DNA from: Nemertoderma westbladi
Lineage: Eukaryota; Animalia; Xenacoelomorpha
Reading direction: 5' to 3'
Assembly (NCBI GenBank): GCA_032718475.1
Contig: JAUCBJ010003457.1
Span: forward strand, 1 to 35,154
DNA length: 35,154 nucleotides
The position numbers and the translations under genes were made by a program. This document shows positions 1-12,280 of this stretch, in pieces; the stretch's first letter is position 1, and each line of letters begins with the position of its first letter. The notes beneath the pieces were generated by a model. It made no database searches. It was given only the letters and a program-made list of their open reading frames with translations, and was not told where the DNA came from.

Positions 1-394
1 AAATAAAAAAATTGAAAATTTTGACTTGAAAATTTACTTTTTACTTTTTTTTTAATTTTACTTTAATTTTCATTGGCCCATCAATGTTTTACCATGTCAA
101 TAATCAACAATTCAATATACTGTACGTACTACAGCTGTATGTATTGACTTGAATTATACAGTATAGCTGTATAGTGGTGTGTTGTTATTTTGTCTTATAA
201 GAAACACACAAAGTCGATCTGTAAATTTATGATTAGAAAGCGATTTTAACAAAACAAATATTTAAATGAAACGCGAGCGAAGCAAGCGAAATTTTTTTAT
301 GGCAAATTCTTGGTCTCACTTCTGCACTTTGCACGAACTTTAAAAGCTTTGAGAGCACTAGCTTTGAGAGCCTTGTCGCTCAGCGCCAGGGAAC

Positions 395-458
395 TCATAT
401 CGCGCCGGGTCCTACTAAATACTACATCATATCGCGCCGGGTCCTACTAAATACTACA
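395..458 (+). repeat. 32-bp tandem duplication spanning the left terminus of the 439-1761 element
   Basis: TCATATCGCGCCGGGTCCTACTAAATACTACA occurs at 395-426 and 427-458. Confidence 0.9.
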
Positions 459-1761
459 AAAAGCACAAAACAAGCACAAAAAAACACAAAAATGTCAAGA
501 AAAGCCCAAAAAAGCACAAAAAAGGTAAAAAAAAGCACAAAAAAGTAAAAAAAAGCACAAAAAAGCAAACTGATAGCTGTTTATTGGGCTTGTAATAGAA
601 CAGATGATAGAAGCAATATCATGTAGTGCAGTTTGTTTAGTGTCTAGTCACTAGGCTACTGGAAGGATAATCACATGTCCAGTATGCTTTCATGTCATAT
701 AGCTGCCAGTGAGTGAGTACCAGCACGAGCACTTACAGGTACAGCCCTACCACGAGCACCCTAGTGCAATATCAGGCTAATGTCAGAATGTAAAGATGGT
801 TCAATTCAAATATCAGGATAAAACTTATAATACTGTAATAGACTTTGTTATTGTCACATTATGTCAACTTATCAGCGTTCTGGTTAATTACTTGTAACGA
901 TGTAGCGATGTGGGAGATGTAGCGACGCAGCATAGGCGCTTGTAAACTGGATATGTCAGTGTTGACCGAAATCGCGATTATTCTGTTATTGGAATGCCTT
1001 TATTCACCGATAAATCGACATACTGTACAATTATCACATCACGGTCTGCCCGAACCTCTCGAGTGGGCGATCGATAACGTCTGAGGACAAGTATGATGAT
1101 ATTAGTCATAGTCATACTTGCAAGAATCTCGCTTAGGTCGGAACTGCCTTGGTTACGATATCTGCGTCTGTTGGAAACACAGTTCCTGCCTGGGTTTAAC
1201 CACTGCTGTTGTAACACTACTGTATACTTTGAAATTTCTATAACTGCCAGATTGTTTGCAATGTTGTTTAGGAGTTCATGCGTACTTATCTTATATGTCA
1301 ATATTCTATTTTATTTTACCTTAATTAACGACCCCCATGAGTGCCTTAGATCCTGGGTGTTCTTTCCCACGATCGTAATTTACTGTAGTTTTATTAAGCT
1401 ATTAATCTATACTGTATGTGTTTTATTATGTTTTTTTTATAGTGATTTTAATTACAAATACACTTTGCAGTATTGTGGCCTTTACATACTGTAGGTCAGA
1501 ACGTTGCAAATTAATCAATCATAGGCGTATGGGTTACCTTCGGTATGTGGGGGGTGTCTGTAACAATATCTCTCATATTTTCGCCCCCCCCCCCCCCCCC
1601 CATGTCTCTTGATGTGAGAATGTTTTTTTGTGCTTTTTTTTTACTTTTTTGTGCTTTTTTTTACTTTTTTGTGCTTTTTTGTGCTTTTTTTGTGCTTTTT
1701 TGTGCTTTTCTTGACTTTTTTGTGTCTTGTTTTGTGCTTTTTGTAGTATTTAGTAGGACCC
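439..1761. mobile_element. Non-autonomous DNA transposon (MULE-like) with long A-rich TIRs
   Basis: GGGTCCTACTAAATACTACAAAAAGCACAAAACAAG... at 439 is inverted at ...TTTGTGCTTTTTGTAGTATTTAGTAGGACCC ending 1761 (about 130 bp TIR built of AAAAGCACAAAA units). The terminus resembles that of the 9-bp-TSD element at 4305. No TSD seen. Confidence 0.7.
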
Positions 1762-1808
1762 CTAATACTTCGCGCCAGATATATTCACCTAACTGGTGTA
1801 TGTATTGC

Positions 1809-1975
1809 AGTCTGGCTAAACCCGAAATAAACTAATAACTTAACCCGAACGGCTGAACGGAACTAAAACTAATTAATAACTAAACTAAAACGAACTTAAA
1901 ACTAATACCGAACTAAACTAATAAATAACTAAACCAGAACGCAACTAAAACTAATTAATAACTAAACTAAAACAT
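1809..1975 (+). repeat. AACTAA-rich low-complexity tract, probable DNA-transposon subterminal remnant
   Basis: Repeated AACTAAAACTAATTAATAACTAAAC motifs; no partner end found. Confidence 0.45.
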
Positions 1976-2100
1976 ACATACAAGGATGGAACTTCTGGGC
2001 TCTCAGACAGTCAGACCAGTCTGCCGCTGCCGGAAGGTAGTCACTATATCAGACTATGATATGTACAGCATGACATATGTATACTAGTCAAGTCATGCTA

Positions 2101-3507
2101 CAGTACCGCTTTCAAATAACGTCGTATTGGTTCCTAATAGGATCCTATTAGGATCCAAGTCACTGATTCACTACTATTGGAGTTAGGATTTAATTGGAAA
2201 TGAAATTTAGCCCAAATTCCAGACTTGGAGGCACTTAGGATTTCACTTGGATTTCAGTAGGAATTTACTTGGAAATCGGCGCTTACTTTGATGTCTGGGA
2301 GGTTGACTGACTCAGACTATGCTTGTGCTGGTCCACTTCTTCTCTATCCTGTCAATCATTAAGTTGTATAGAATGGACTAGACTCAGCCTAAAGTTTGCG
2401 TAGTGTTAGTGTTCAGTTCATTACATTGAGGTATGGTTGTCGATGGAAGATTACACTGCTACTGTACCTTGTATTGCCAGCCTCTGACGTAAATAATATT
2501 TAAAATATAAACTCTAATAGATGAAATCCACACACACTCCGCACATAGTTAACGTCCGTGGGCTGCTGGTGGGCTCTGGAATAATTTAAAATCGTATTGA
2601 ACTTACAAATAAATGTAGGATCACACACTGTATTTATTACTATTGAACATATTTAGAGTAATAAAGAGTTTGTGTTTGTGTAATGTTTGTGTAATTATTA
2701 ATAGAATAAATATTAGTTTATTTTCATTTATTAGTTTAATTAATAATTAGACAGGGGCTAAAACTGGGCGACTAAATAAATGTATGTAATATTGAATGCT
2801 ATATTTGCTACACCCACAAAGCACATTACACTCTCCAAGCAGATTCCGCAACATGTCACAATCCGTATCGCTACCACTACGAAAAATAAATGACATAACA
2901 TCCTACAGGAATTAACAGACCCTTATGAGTTTAGTGGCGGTTTGTAACAAACTTATCCTCTTGGCATAATTGATATTAATATTAATTATAAATTATATTT
3001 ATTATACCATGGAAATGGTAAAATCGCCAGATCTAAAAAGTTCGCACAATAATTTAAATAAAATTATTAAAAGTTTGACGTCCGAATATAATCAGATTAC
3101 GCTTTAGCAGCCCACTACTTGTTGAGGCTCACTCAACGTGTTGGCGGGCCTATTTTACACAAGCGGCGTTACCTTTACCGTATGGTAGTTAATTTGTCCA
3201 GATGTTGAGTTACAGCCAGTAGTGTGTGCTTTGCATATTTAACATTAGCCTATGGGGAGTATCGTTGTTGTAAGATAGGTCAGGGGAAGGGAAATACAAC
3301 TCAACCACTAGACAAAGCGGCTCTCTTTACTTTCAGCTATCCCAGGAGGTTGATTGACAGACACTTCTAAGCTTTGATATTTAGCCGCTCTAGGTAGACT
3401 TGCATTAGGCAAATTCCAAGTGATTTCATAAAGGTTATTTATTTCCTATTAGGTTCCTATTAGGATCCTATTAGGATCCAATAGGACGTTATTTGAAAGC
3501 GTTACTG
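2101..3507. mobile_element. Non-autonomous Tc1/mariner(pogo)-type element
   Basis: TIR CAGTACCGCTTTCAAATAACGTC at 2101 and GACGTTATTTGAAAGCGTTACTG ending 3507. Both ends are flanked by TA, and CCTATTAGGAT subterminal repeats occur at both ends. Confidence 0.8.
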
Positions 3508-3689
3508 TAGTACAGTCAAGTCAGACAGTAGTACATGTATTAGGCCTACCTGCCTACTGCTGTACTGTAGTACACCAGCTGACCAGTGGGCCAGTCTGTT
3601 TCTACTGTGTAGTACTGTAGTATAGCCTAGGCCAGTAGGCCTACTGCTAATGCTGTAACAGTTACATAACTGCATAACTAGCCATTATT

Positions 3690-3787
3690 AAAAAATCGAA
3701 ACCGGCAATGATTTAAAAAAAAACCGGGCCGGTACCGGTTCGGCCAAAACCGGCACCTACCGGTACCTGTGCACCGGTCGATTCCTA
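3690..3787. mobile_element. Isolated hAT-like terminus
   Basis: ACCGG-rich subterminal repeats ending in ACCGGTCGATTCCTA (TAGG-type end); the other end was not found. Confidence 0.4.
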
Positions 3788-3860
3788 ATCAGCTAATCTC
3801 AATAACTCTGTAACTATTCGTTTTGATGGTGTCTACCCCAGTCCAGCAGTCCCCAGTCAG

Positions 3861-5838
3861 CCAGGTTGGAATTCATGCTGCAAAACTCGGACGCGTACCT
3901 GCGCGAATGACCGCAAACCAGATGCGCGTTGCGCGTTTGGGTGAGACAGGTGCGCGTTCGGGTGTGAGACAGGTGCGCGTTGCGCCTCAGCGCGCAGCTC
4001 TGCCTCTGATGCGCACCACAAATTAATTGAAATCACGAAAATACACAAAAAAAATTCACTCGCTGCGCTCGCATTAGTTTCTCATTTCCAATTCTTCAAA
4101 CAGTCAAATCACTTCACCATAATACTGTAATACCGGCAACCGGAGCTGAATTCAGGAATTAGTCTATTTATTTTAACTACAGTACTCTATTGTTGTATTG
4201 TTATTAGGTCTATGCTATGCCGATGTTACATTAGTAAACAGGTAAAGTCAGAAAGTAACAATGTATTATAAGTATGACTTAATTATAAGCCAACTGTATG
4301 TTTAGGGTTTGACTAAATACGCCACCGACAACCACCGACACGTTTCGCATACCACCGACAACCACCGACAACAAAAGACACAAAACCGACACAAACCGAC
4401 AGGTAAAATCACAAACCGACAACTTCGGCAATGTTAGTAAACTATTTCAGCAGTTCAGTACATGATTATACAATTTTTATTTCCAGTCCAAATATGACTA
4501 CTAATACTACAAATATGTATAACTACGGGTGGTGGGGGGGTCGGTGCCTACATACATACTGTAGTTCCCTAAGTTACTGCAGTAGTTTTATGTTGTCATT
4601 TTATTTATCTCACCTAGCCTACAGTACATTACCTCTAGATATTATATAAAGCATGTTGGTAAAGGGAACAGGTTTACATAAGCTTTCAAAGCGCCTTTGA
4701 ACGATACTAACTACTGAACTAAATAACACCATGTTCGATTATTTGCCGAATTGTGATTGGCCAAATTACAGTATGTACTCTAATTGAGAATGCTTTGCAC
4801 GCATATCGCTTGCGTCACGTCACGAATGGACCACGAATAATTTTAAGCGTGGCGCGGCTATGCATGATGTGCCACGAACGAATGAACCACGAATTATTTT
4901 TTGCGTGGAGTGGAAGCATTCGTATCACATGTGCCACGAATGATGAGCCACGAATATATTGACAAGTGAAATCTCACATGCGATACGAATACTATACGCA
5001 TTCGTTACCTAAATTATTCGGACTGACGAACCACTGACGAACAGACGAAGGCTTCACGAATCTTAAATAACATTCCACGCACTTTTCAGCCTTTTACGAA
5101 TGTTGCATGTGCTGATGTGGCACTAATGCGTTACGCATGGGGATTTTTTACTGGGTATAATTTGTTATAAATATTTGGACTGGAAATAAAAATTGTATAA
5201 TCATGTACTGAAATAGTTTACTAACATTGCCGAAGTTGTCAGTATACTGTCGGTTTGTGATTTTACCTGTCGGTTTGTGTCGGTTTGTGTCTTTTGTTGT
5301 CGGTGGTAGTCGGTGGTATGCGAAAGGTGTCGGTGGTTGTCGGTGGCGTATTTAGTCAAACCCGTATGTTTAAGCCTAATTGTTAGGTAGGCCTATACAA
5401 AGTATTATTGGCAGACCGGTACCTATTTCAATATTCGTTTTTTTGAAATTACCGGTACATGTTTTGTTTGTAATCTAAAATAATATTTTCTGTTATAAAA
5501 GCAGTGAGCCCGATGGGCCACCATAGTAGTGGATTAAAAAAATATTTTTTAATATTAACAATTTTGATGTTGCAAAAATTACATTTATTATGTAAGCCTA
5601 GATTCAACGTACAGACAGACAGACGTAAAGATAAGCTTAAAACGCTCAAACTTGTAAAATAGGAATGTAAAATTGTTCTTATGAACTGTGCGATTTTTTG
5701 AGATATGCATGACATGAGCTGCGCGATTTTGTTTGGATTATGACATATGATGAGGTGCGCGACGAGCCAATTTCAGGTGCGCGGTGATTTCAAAACAACA
5801 AAGCGTACCTGCGCGCTCATGCATGAATTCCAACCTGG
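3861..5838. mobile_element. Non-autonomous hAT-like element
   Basis: TIR CCAGGTTGGAATTCATGC (3861) / GCATGAATTCCAACCTGG (ends 5838); 8-bp TSD CCAGTCAG at 3853-3860 and 5839-5846; GGTGCGCG subterminal repeats. Confidence 0.85.
4305..5363. mobile_element. Mutator-like (MULE) MITE nested in the hAT element
   Basis: About 190-bp TIRs starting GGGTTTGACTAAATAC with ACCGACA repeats; 9-bp TSD GTATGTTTA at 4296-4304 and 5364-5372. Confidence 0.9.
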
Positions 5839-6588
5839 CCAGTCAGGAACACTGGTCACAATATGTCCAATTTACAGCCAGAATGTGTCCACGGAAAACG
5901 CTCTCAGAGTGAAATTTCTCCATAGAAAACAATGCTAAATTTCATTTGAAAACCGGCAGTGAAATTTTAACATTGGCATTCTAAAAATTATGCCATTAGA
6001 ATCGCCATAAAATTCTGTATAAATTAATTTGAGAATTAGAATCTCATCGTTGGGATAACTATCATACAGTCATAATATTAACACTAATTTGCATATTAGG
6101 TTTATGACTACAATTGTAGTCACCGTACCTTTCCGGTGAAAATGTTGATAGGTGAAGGTTGTCCAAAATACTTGATACGCGATCTAGCTGTTCAATATAT
6201 ATCAAACTTTCATTTAATCCATTCCTTACATAATATTTAAATACGAAGCGCTGAAAAAACGTGGTTTTACCTCTATTGCATAGGCCTACTTAGACTACAA
6301 ATGTAGTCATGAATATTCCTTATGAATCTAGTGAAATTTTCCTCTAAATCTGTTCACTGAGTAGATTTCATGTACTCTAGGCTAGCTGGCTGGCTGGCTG
6401 GGGCAAAAGGCTAGAGACAACACAAATTAATGATATAAAGAGTGCGTTTTACACTAACGGACTAAACGTTACCATATATGGCTGTATGGTGGGATAGCTG
6501 ATAGCTACCCGGCTATGGGCACACATCTCCAACCAGACACTATATAACATTGGAGGTGTCTAATTGGTTCCCCCAAGCTTGACACTAG

Positions 6589-8414
6589 CAGTCGGTGAGA
6601 AGTCAAAAATTGGACTTCAAGTCCAATTTTAGACTTCAAGTCCAATTTTGGACTCCAAAGTCCAATATTGGACTTTAGTACAACTCTAAGTGTACCCATG
6701 CTGCCATACTGTATATCGGTATTTCAATCAAAACTGCATCCCGTATCATATTACATAATTACAATGCAACATCATTTTAATGATCAAATTAATTATTATA
6801 AGTATTATAAGCAGGGATCGCACACGTACAGTCAGACATCAGTAGTTACTTTTTGCGGTAGTGGTATGGCTTTGCGGTAGCCTTACTGCCTTAGTGGTAT
6901 ATACCGCAGTAGCGGTAGTCAGGTAGTTGAGTTATAGCTGTATAGTTCAGTAGTTCATACCTACATTTTCGTATGGCAAAAATAAGACTACTGTAAACTG
7001 TAAGCTATTATATTATTGAGTTAATGTTTATTGGCTAAGTGTCAAGTACAATGCACACATCTCCAACCAGACACTATATAACATTGGTGTTGGAGGTGTC
7101 TCATTAGTTCCACCAAGCTTGACACTAGAACAAAGCCGCCTCCGATTTGCAGGACATTGCTTTCGCCATGAGGACCAGCCAGTGCACCTCATGGAGTAAA
7201 TAAGCATGGTGGACAGCCCATGACTTTCTTGAGACGCATCTTTCAGTCTTTCTTACTGTCTCAAAGGACACTGGCCTTGAAGATGCGGATGATCTAGCAA
7301 ATGTCATGGGTGATAAGGCTGTAAGAGTGTAAGGGAGTTGTGGAGGCGCACTTCTGTCAATAAGCCGGCACAGCATTCTTAATAGGGCCTATATATATAA
7401 AATGCAGCTGCAATGCAGCATGCCGATTTCTGGATTCTAGTTAGTAGTATGTGGTGATAGGGCTCCCTCAATTGGCTGATTGGTAAAGTCAAAAGTGGCC
7501 GTTTATTGTTTTAGTTAGAAAAGCCTGCCTCTGTCTGTCTGTAACCTGTTCCTTTCCCTCAATTGGTTTATGACGTGTGTTACTTCTGTAGGCTACTTAT
7601 TATGTGGAGACCCCAACACGTTAATCAGTTAATCCCGTTTCATTATCCAGCCGATTTAAAATACCCTCCCTGTTGTATGGAAAAATTAGAAGAGATGGTG
7701 GTAGCATCAACTTGTAGTATTTCTTTCTGATAGGGCTCCCATTGCCCATAAGCTTAGACGAAATCGTAGCGTGTACTGTAGTAAGCCCTAGCAGCAGCTG
7801 CAGTTGGCAAACCTGGCATTGCTACCAGTTTCCACCAAATATAATTTGTAATTAAATATTTCTTGGAGCATAATCTAATCTAGTCCTAAAGACTCTAAAG
7901 TTCTGGGTACATAAGGCTGTATGGTTAGACATAACATGAATGTAAACTAAACAATATACTAAAAGTAAAGTACAAAGTACCTAGAATGCTAGAATGTACC
8001 ATTATATTCTAAGTACAGTTACACTGAAGATACATACAGAGAGCTGCAAAGGTAACTTTCCATAACTTAATAGCTGTCTCTCATCTGATATGCTTCATGT
8101 ACATTTAAGTTAGATTCTCAATGTCGCGTCCAAAATTGGACGTAAAGTCCAATATTGGACTTTTGTAAAAATTCAAAGCCTTATAAAAAAAGTTCCCCCT
8201 GGTGAATTTCAGGTCCCCCTGTTCAAAACTCTTATTTTTTGATATATTTTCGATTAAAAGAAAAAAATCCCGCCCGATCCAATTACCGAAGGCCCTGGAT
8301 CAATTGGCTGATTTGAAGTCCAATATTGGACTCACAGAAGTCCAATTTTGGACTTGAAATGGAGTCGAAGTCCAATTCTGGACTCAAGTCCAATTTTTGA
8401 CTTCTCACCGACTG
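6589..8414. mobile_element. Unclassified non-autonomous DNA transposon with 5-bp TSD
   Basis: TIR CAGTCGGTGAGAAGTCAAAAATTGGACTT / AAGTCCAATTTTTGACTTCTCACCGACTG; AAGTCCAATTTTGGAC subterminal repeats; ACTAG duplicated (6584-6588, 8415-8419); empty site GACACTAGAAC present near 9755. Confidence 0.85.
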
Positions 8415-8566
8415 ACTAGAGCAAAATCGCCTCCGCTTTGCAGGACATTGCTTTCGCCGTGAGGACCAGCCAGTGCATAATCTTGTACTTTGGCAGCCTC
8501 ATGGAGTGAATAAGCATGGTGGACACTGGACAGCCCATGACTTTCTTGAGACGCATCTTAAAGGAC

Positions 8567-9280
8567 TAGGGCTCGATCGGAGCTCCGGCTCCGGCTCCGG
8601 CCATTTTGGCACATCCGGCTCCTGCTCCGGCTCCGGTAAAAATATTGCCGGAGTTAATTTTTTAATAAAGTATTATATTTCGTGAATATTCTAATCTGAA
8701 CAATTATTTAGACTATAAGTACTGTAGTCTGTAGTACAGCTTCAATATCAAGCATAATACTGCCAGACTGCAGTATTTACTTAAAGACAATGACTGACTG
8801 ACTACTGTAGTACTGGTACCAGGGTACTGGCCAGCTGGCTGACTAGCAGACTAATGCCTGAATGCTATGATTGTACTGCACTGTACTGCAGTACTGGTAC
8901 ACGTACGGTAGGCTACCTACATACAGTACACACCTCTACCACAGTTAGACAGTTAGTGAGTTACCGGGTAGGTACCGTACTGTTGTAGGTAATTTTTAGC
9001 CGTCAGCGTCAGGCCGTCTGTCCGTGATAAATTAATTACTTAAATTTTAAATTGAAAATTCGTAAATCTATAAATTATGAAATTAATTAGACCTACAGTA
9101 CAGCAGTATGATTGATTATGAGCGATTGGCGAACGATAACCATACTTTATTTTTTTTAAATAAATAATTAAATTTTTAAAATTTTTGAAAAACTCCGGCT
9201 CCTGCTCCGGCTCCGGCCAAATTGTCCAACTCCGGCTCCTGCTCCGGCTCCGGCCAAATCCCAACTCCGATCGAGCCCTA
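8567..9280. mobile_element. hAT MITE
   Basis: TIR TAGGGCTCGATCGGAG / CTCCGATCGAGCCCTA; 8-bp TSD TAAAGGAC (8559-8566, 9281-9288); CTCCGG repeats; empty site near 9894. Confidence 0.92.
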
Positions 9281-9680
9281 TAAAGGACACTGGCCTTGAA
9301 GATGCGGATGATCTAGCAAATGTCATGGGTGATAGGGAGTTGTGGCGGTGCAATTTTGTCGATAAGCCGGCACAGCATTCTTAAAAATGCAGCCGCAATG
9401 CAGCATGCCGATCCTAGTAGTAGTACACAATATTTAAATACGAAGCGCTGAAAAAACGTGGTTTTACCTCTATTGCATGCTTAGACTACAAATGTAGTCA
9501 TGAATATTCCTTATGAATCTAGTGAAATTTTCCTCTAAATCTGTTCACTGATTAGATTTCATGTACTCTAGGCTAGCTGGCTGGCTGGCTGGGGCAAAAG
9601 GCTAGAGACGAGTGCGTTTTACACTAAACTTTACCATATATGGTGGGATAGCTGATAGCTGGGCATGGGCAGCTATCAGC

Positions 9681-10045
9681 TATGGGCACACATCTCCAAC
9701 CAGACACTAGGCCTATATAACATTGGAGGTGTCTCATTGGTTCCCCCAAGCTTGACACTAGAACAAAATCGCCTCCGCTTTGCAGGACATTGCTTTCGCC
9801 ATGAGGACCAGCCAGTGCATAATCTTGTACTTTGGCAGCCTCATGGAGTGAATAAGCATGGTGGACAGCCCATGACTTTCTTGAGACGCATCTTAAAGGA
9901 CACTGGCCTTGAAGATGTGGATGATCTAGCAAATGTCATGGGTGATAGGGAGTTGTGGCGGTGCAATTTTGTCGATAAGCCGGCACAGCATTCTTCTGTT
10001 CTTAAAAATGCAGCCGCAATGCAGCATGCCGATCCTAGTAGTAGT
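9681..10045 (+). mobile_element. 3' fragment of an RTE-like LINE ORF2 (other copies at 6515-6588 + 8415-8566 + 9281-9428, and at 7053-7440)
   Basis: Translation RLRFAGHCFRHEDQPVHNLVLWQPHG...DTGLEDVDDLANVMGDRELWR matches the C-terminal pattern of RTE-type ORF2. Confidence 0.8.
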
Positions 10046-10554
10046 ACACAATATTTAAATACGAAGCGCTGAAAAAACGTGGTTTTACCTCTATTGCATA
10101 CTTAGACTACAAATGTAGTCATGAATATTCCTTATGAATCTAGTGAAATTTTCCTCTAAATCTGTTCACTGATTAGATTTCATGTACTCTAGGCTAGCTG
10201 GCTGGCTGGCTGGGGCAAAAGGCTAGAGACAACACAAATTAATGATATAAAGAGTGCGTTTTACACTAAACTTTACCATATATGGTTGGATAGCTGATAG
10301 CTGGGCAGCTATTTATTGCTGGTGTCTGAGCTGTGTTGAGTAGCCAATTGAATTACTCTACAGGAGCATAACTATATCGAGTCACACTAAGGTGATTTAT
10401 ATTTGGAAACAATTCCGTTATAAAACAGAGTATCAGGTACCGGTAATAGACGTACTCATATTCTGTATTATATATTTTTCTTTGTTTCCAACGATTTTAT
10501 TTTTGTGAATATTACATTTTATGATACAGTACTCGTTTAGTTTCGGATCCAAAT

Positions 10555-12280
10555 ATGGCCGCTTACAACTCTGCATTGGCACACCAACTGTTTGGAGAAA
10601 TTGATTCTGAACCATCAATGTCACAACAGCCTCAACAGCTGAGAAATGTGCATCAGGTAGATCTAGATATGTTTGAAGACGAAGAGGACAATTATGATGG
10701 AGATTGTGAAGCTCTTGGCGAGGGTGGCCCTAATAGCATTGATGATGATTCTGTGACTGTTTTGAGTGACAGTGACTATGAACTTACTGAGGAATCGGGG
10801 GATTCGGATGGAAGTGACAACCTACTGGCAGCCTACAACACGGGATATGGATCAGATTCCTCTGATGAAACCAAAATGGCTGTTGATGATGCTACATATC
10901 GATCAAAAGATAGAACAGTTTATTCAGATATAGAGCCTGCTCCAGTTCGACGGCAACAAGCAGATGTCATTCGATTTTCAGCAACTGTTTTGAACAAACC
11001 GAAATCGGAAATTGATGGTTTCATGCAATTCATGACCAGGGAAATTTTATACATTGTTCTTCGTCAGACAAATAAAAAGGGAAAGATACTAGCCAGGGTA
11101 AAGTCTCGCAAGTTTAGACAATTTTCATTTGGTGAAATGAAGGCTGGTATAGGAATACTGATCATGGCGGGTGTATACCGTAGTTGTCACCAAACAGTTA
11201 GAGATTTGTGGCACCCAATTCATGGCCCACCGTTTTTTAAGGCAGCCATGGCTATAAGCCGATTCTACCTGTTTCTGGAGTGCCTCCGTTTCGATGACAA
11301 ATCAACCCGAGATCAGAGGAAATCGGCAGATAACGATAAATTTGCGGCCATTAGAGAGGTTTGGGAAATGCTGCAAGAACAACTGAAAAAACATATCATC
11401 CCAGAAGCTCATCTTACTGTTGATGAGCAATTACTTGGATTTAGAGGTCGAGTTCCAGGGAGGGCTTATATGCCACAAAAACCAAAGAAATTCGGCACTA
11501 AGATCTTCTGGTTATGTGAAGCTTCTTCCGGATTTGCATTGCGAGGATTCATTTATGGGGGTAAGGAGGGAGACTCAGTCCATGTGGGCTTAGCCACTGA
11601 CGTTGTGATGTTATTAACCATCCCCTACCATGGCACTGGCAGAAACATCACAACAGACAATTATTTCACCTCGCTTGAGCTCGCACAGCGTCTGAAGAAG
11701 GTAGACATGACGCTTCTGGGAACTATGAAGGCAAACCAACGTGAGATACCTGCTGAGCTCAATAAGTTGAAAGGTCGTGAATTAAATTCTAGCATGTTCG
11801 CCTACAACAACGAGTTCAACGTACTCTTGTGCTCATACAACAGTACAAAGCCAAAAAAAAACCATTAGCCACTTCACGTGCAAACGAAAGACCAATCGTT
11901 GGCCTGTTGTCATATTTATGAACATGATTGACATCGCTGCTCTAAACGGATTTCTCCTTCTAGATAAGGTTGGATATGAGGATTCCCGTAGCTCATTCCT
12001 AAAGACACTGGCGCTTACGCTTGCAGATGAAGAGCTAGAGACGAGTAGATCTTGATTGTACTCCTGTTATATCTCGACAAGCAGCTCTAATGCTCGGTTA
12101 CCAACGAAAAGTAGCCATTGGATCGATATCATCTGGTCCATGAAAGTGTAAACTGTGCAGTGGTGCACAAGGTCGTTCATCCACTTGAGATCGCTGTGAC
12201 ACTTACAAGAATCCAGTTTGTAAAACCCATTCAACTGTCCAAAGACAGGTTATATGTCAAAACTGTCAATCTTCTCACTC
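10555..12280 (+). pseudogene. piggyBac (PGBD-like) DDD transposase; open for 437 aa, then a deletion/frameshift and stops
   Basis: Acidic N-terminus, LRFDD, TVDEQLLGFRGR, YMPQKPKKFGTKI and NITTDNYFTSLELA motifs in ORF 10555-11868. HFTCKRKTNRWPVVIFMNMIDIAALN resumes in another frame after about 11862. A Cys-rich tail (CKLC...RCDTYKNPVCKTH) near 12140-12270 contains stops. Confidence 0.92.

Larger units (their letters stand above)
6233..10310 (+). repeat. Tandem a-L-a-L-a duplication inside the piggyBac (unit about 621 bp)
   Basis: A roughly 270-bp segment starting ATATTTAAATACGAAGCGCTG occurs near 6233, 9430 and 10051, alternating with the LINE fragment. Confidence 0.9.

Noticed and set aside
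1545-1835. Hydrophobic Phe-rich ORF
   Set aside because: Translation of a poly-C run and T-rich TIR repeats.
9040-9353. RS-rich and GA-rich ORFs (also 8473-8685)
   Set aside because: Artefacts of the CTCCGG subterminal repeats of the hAT MITE.
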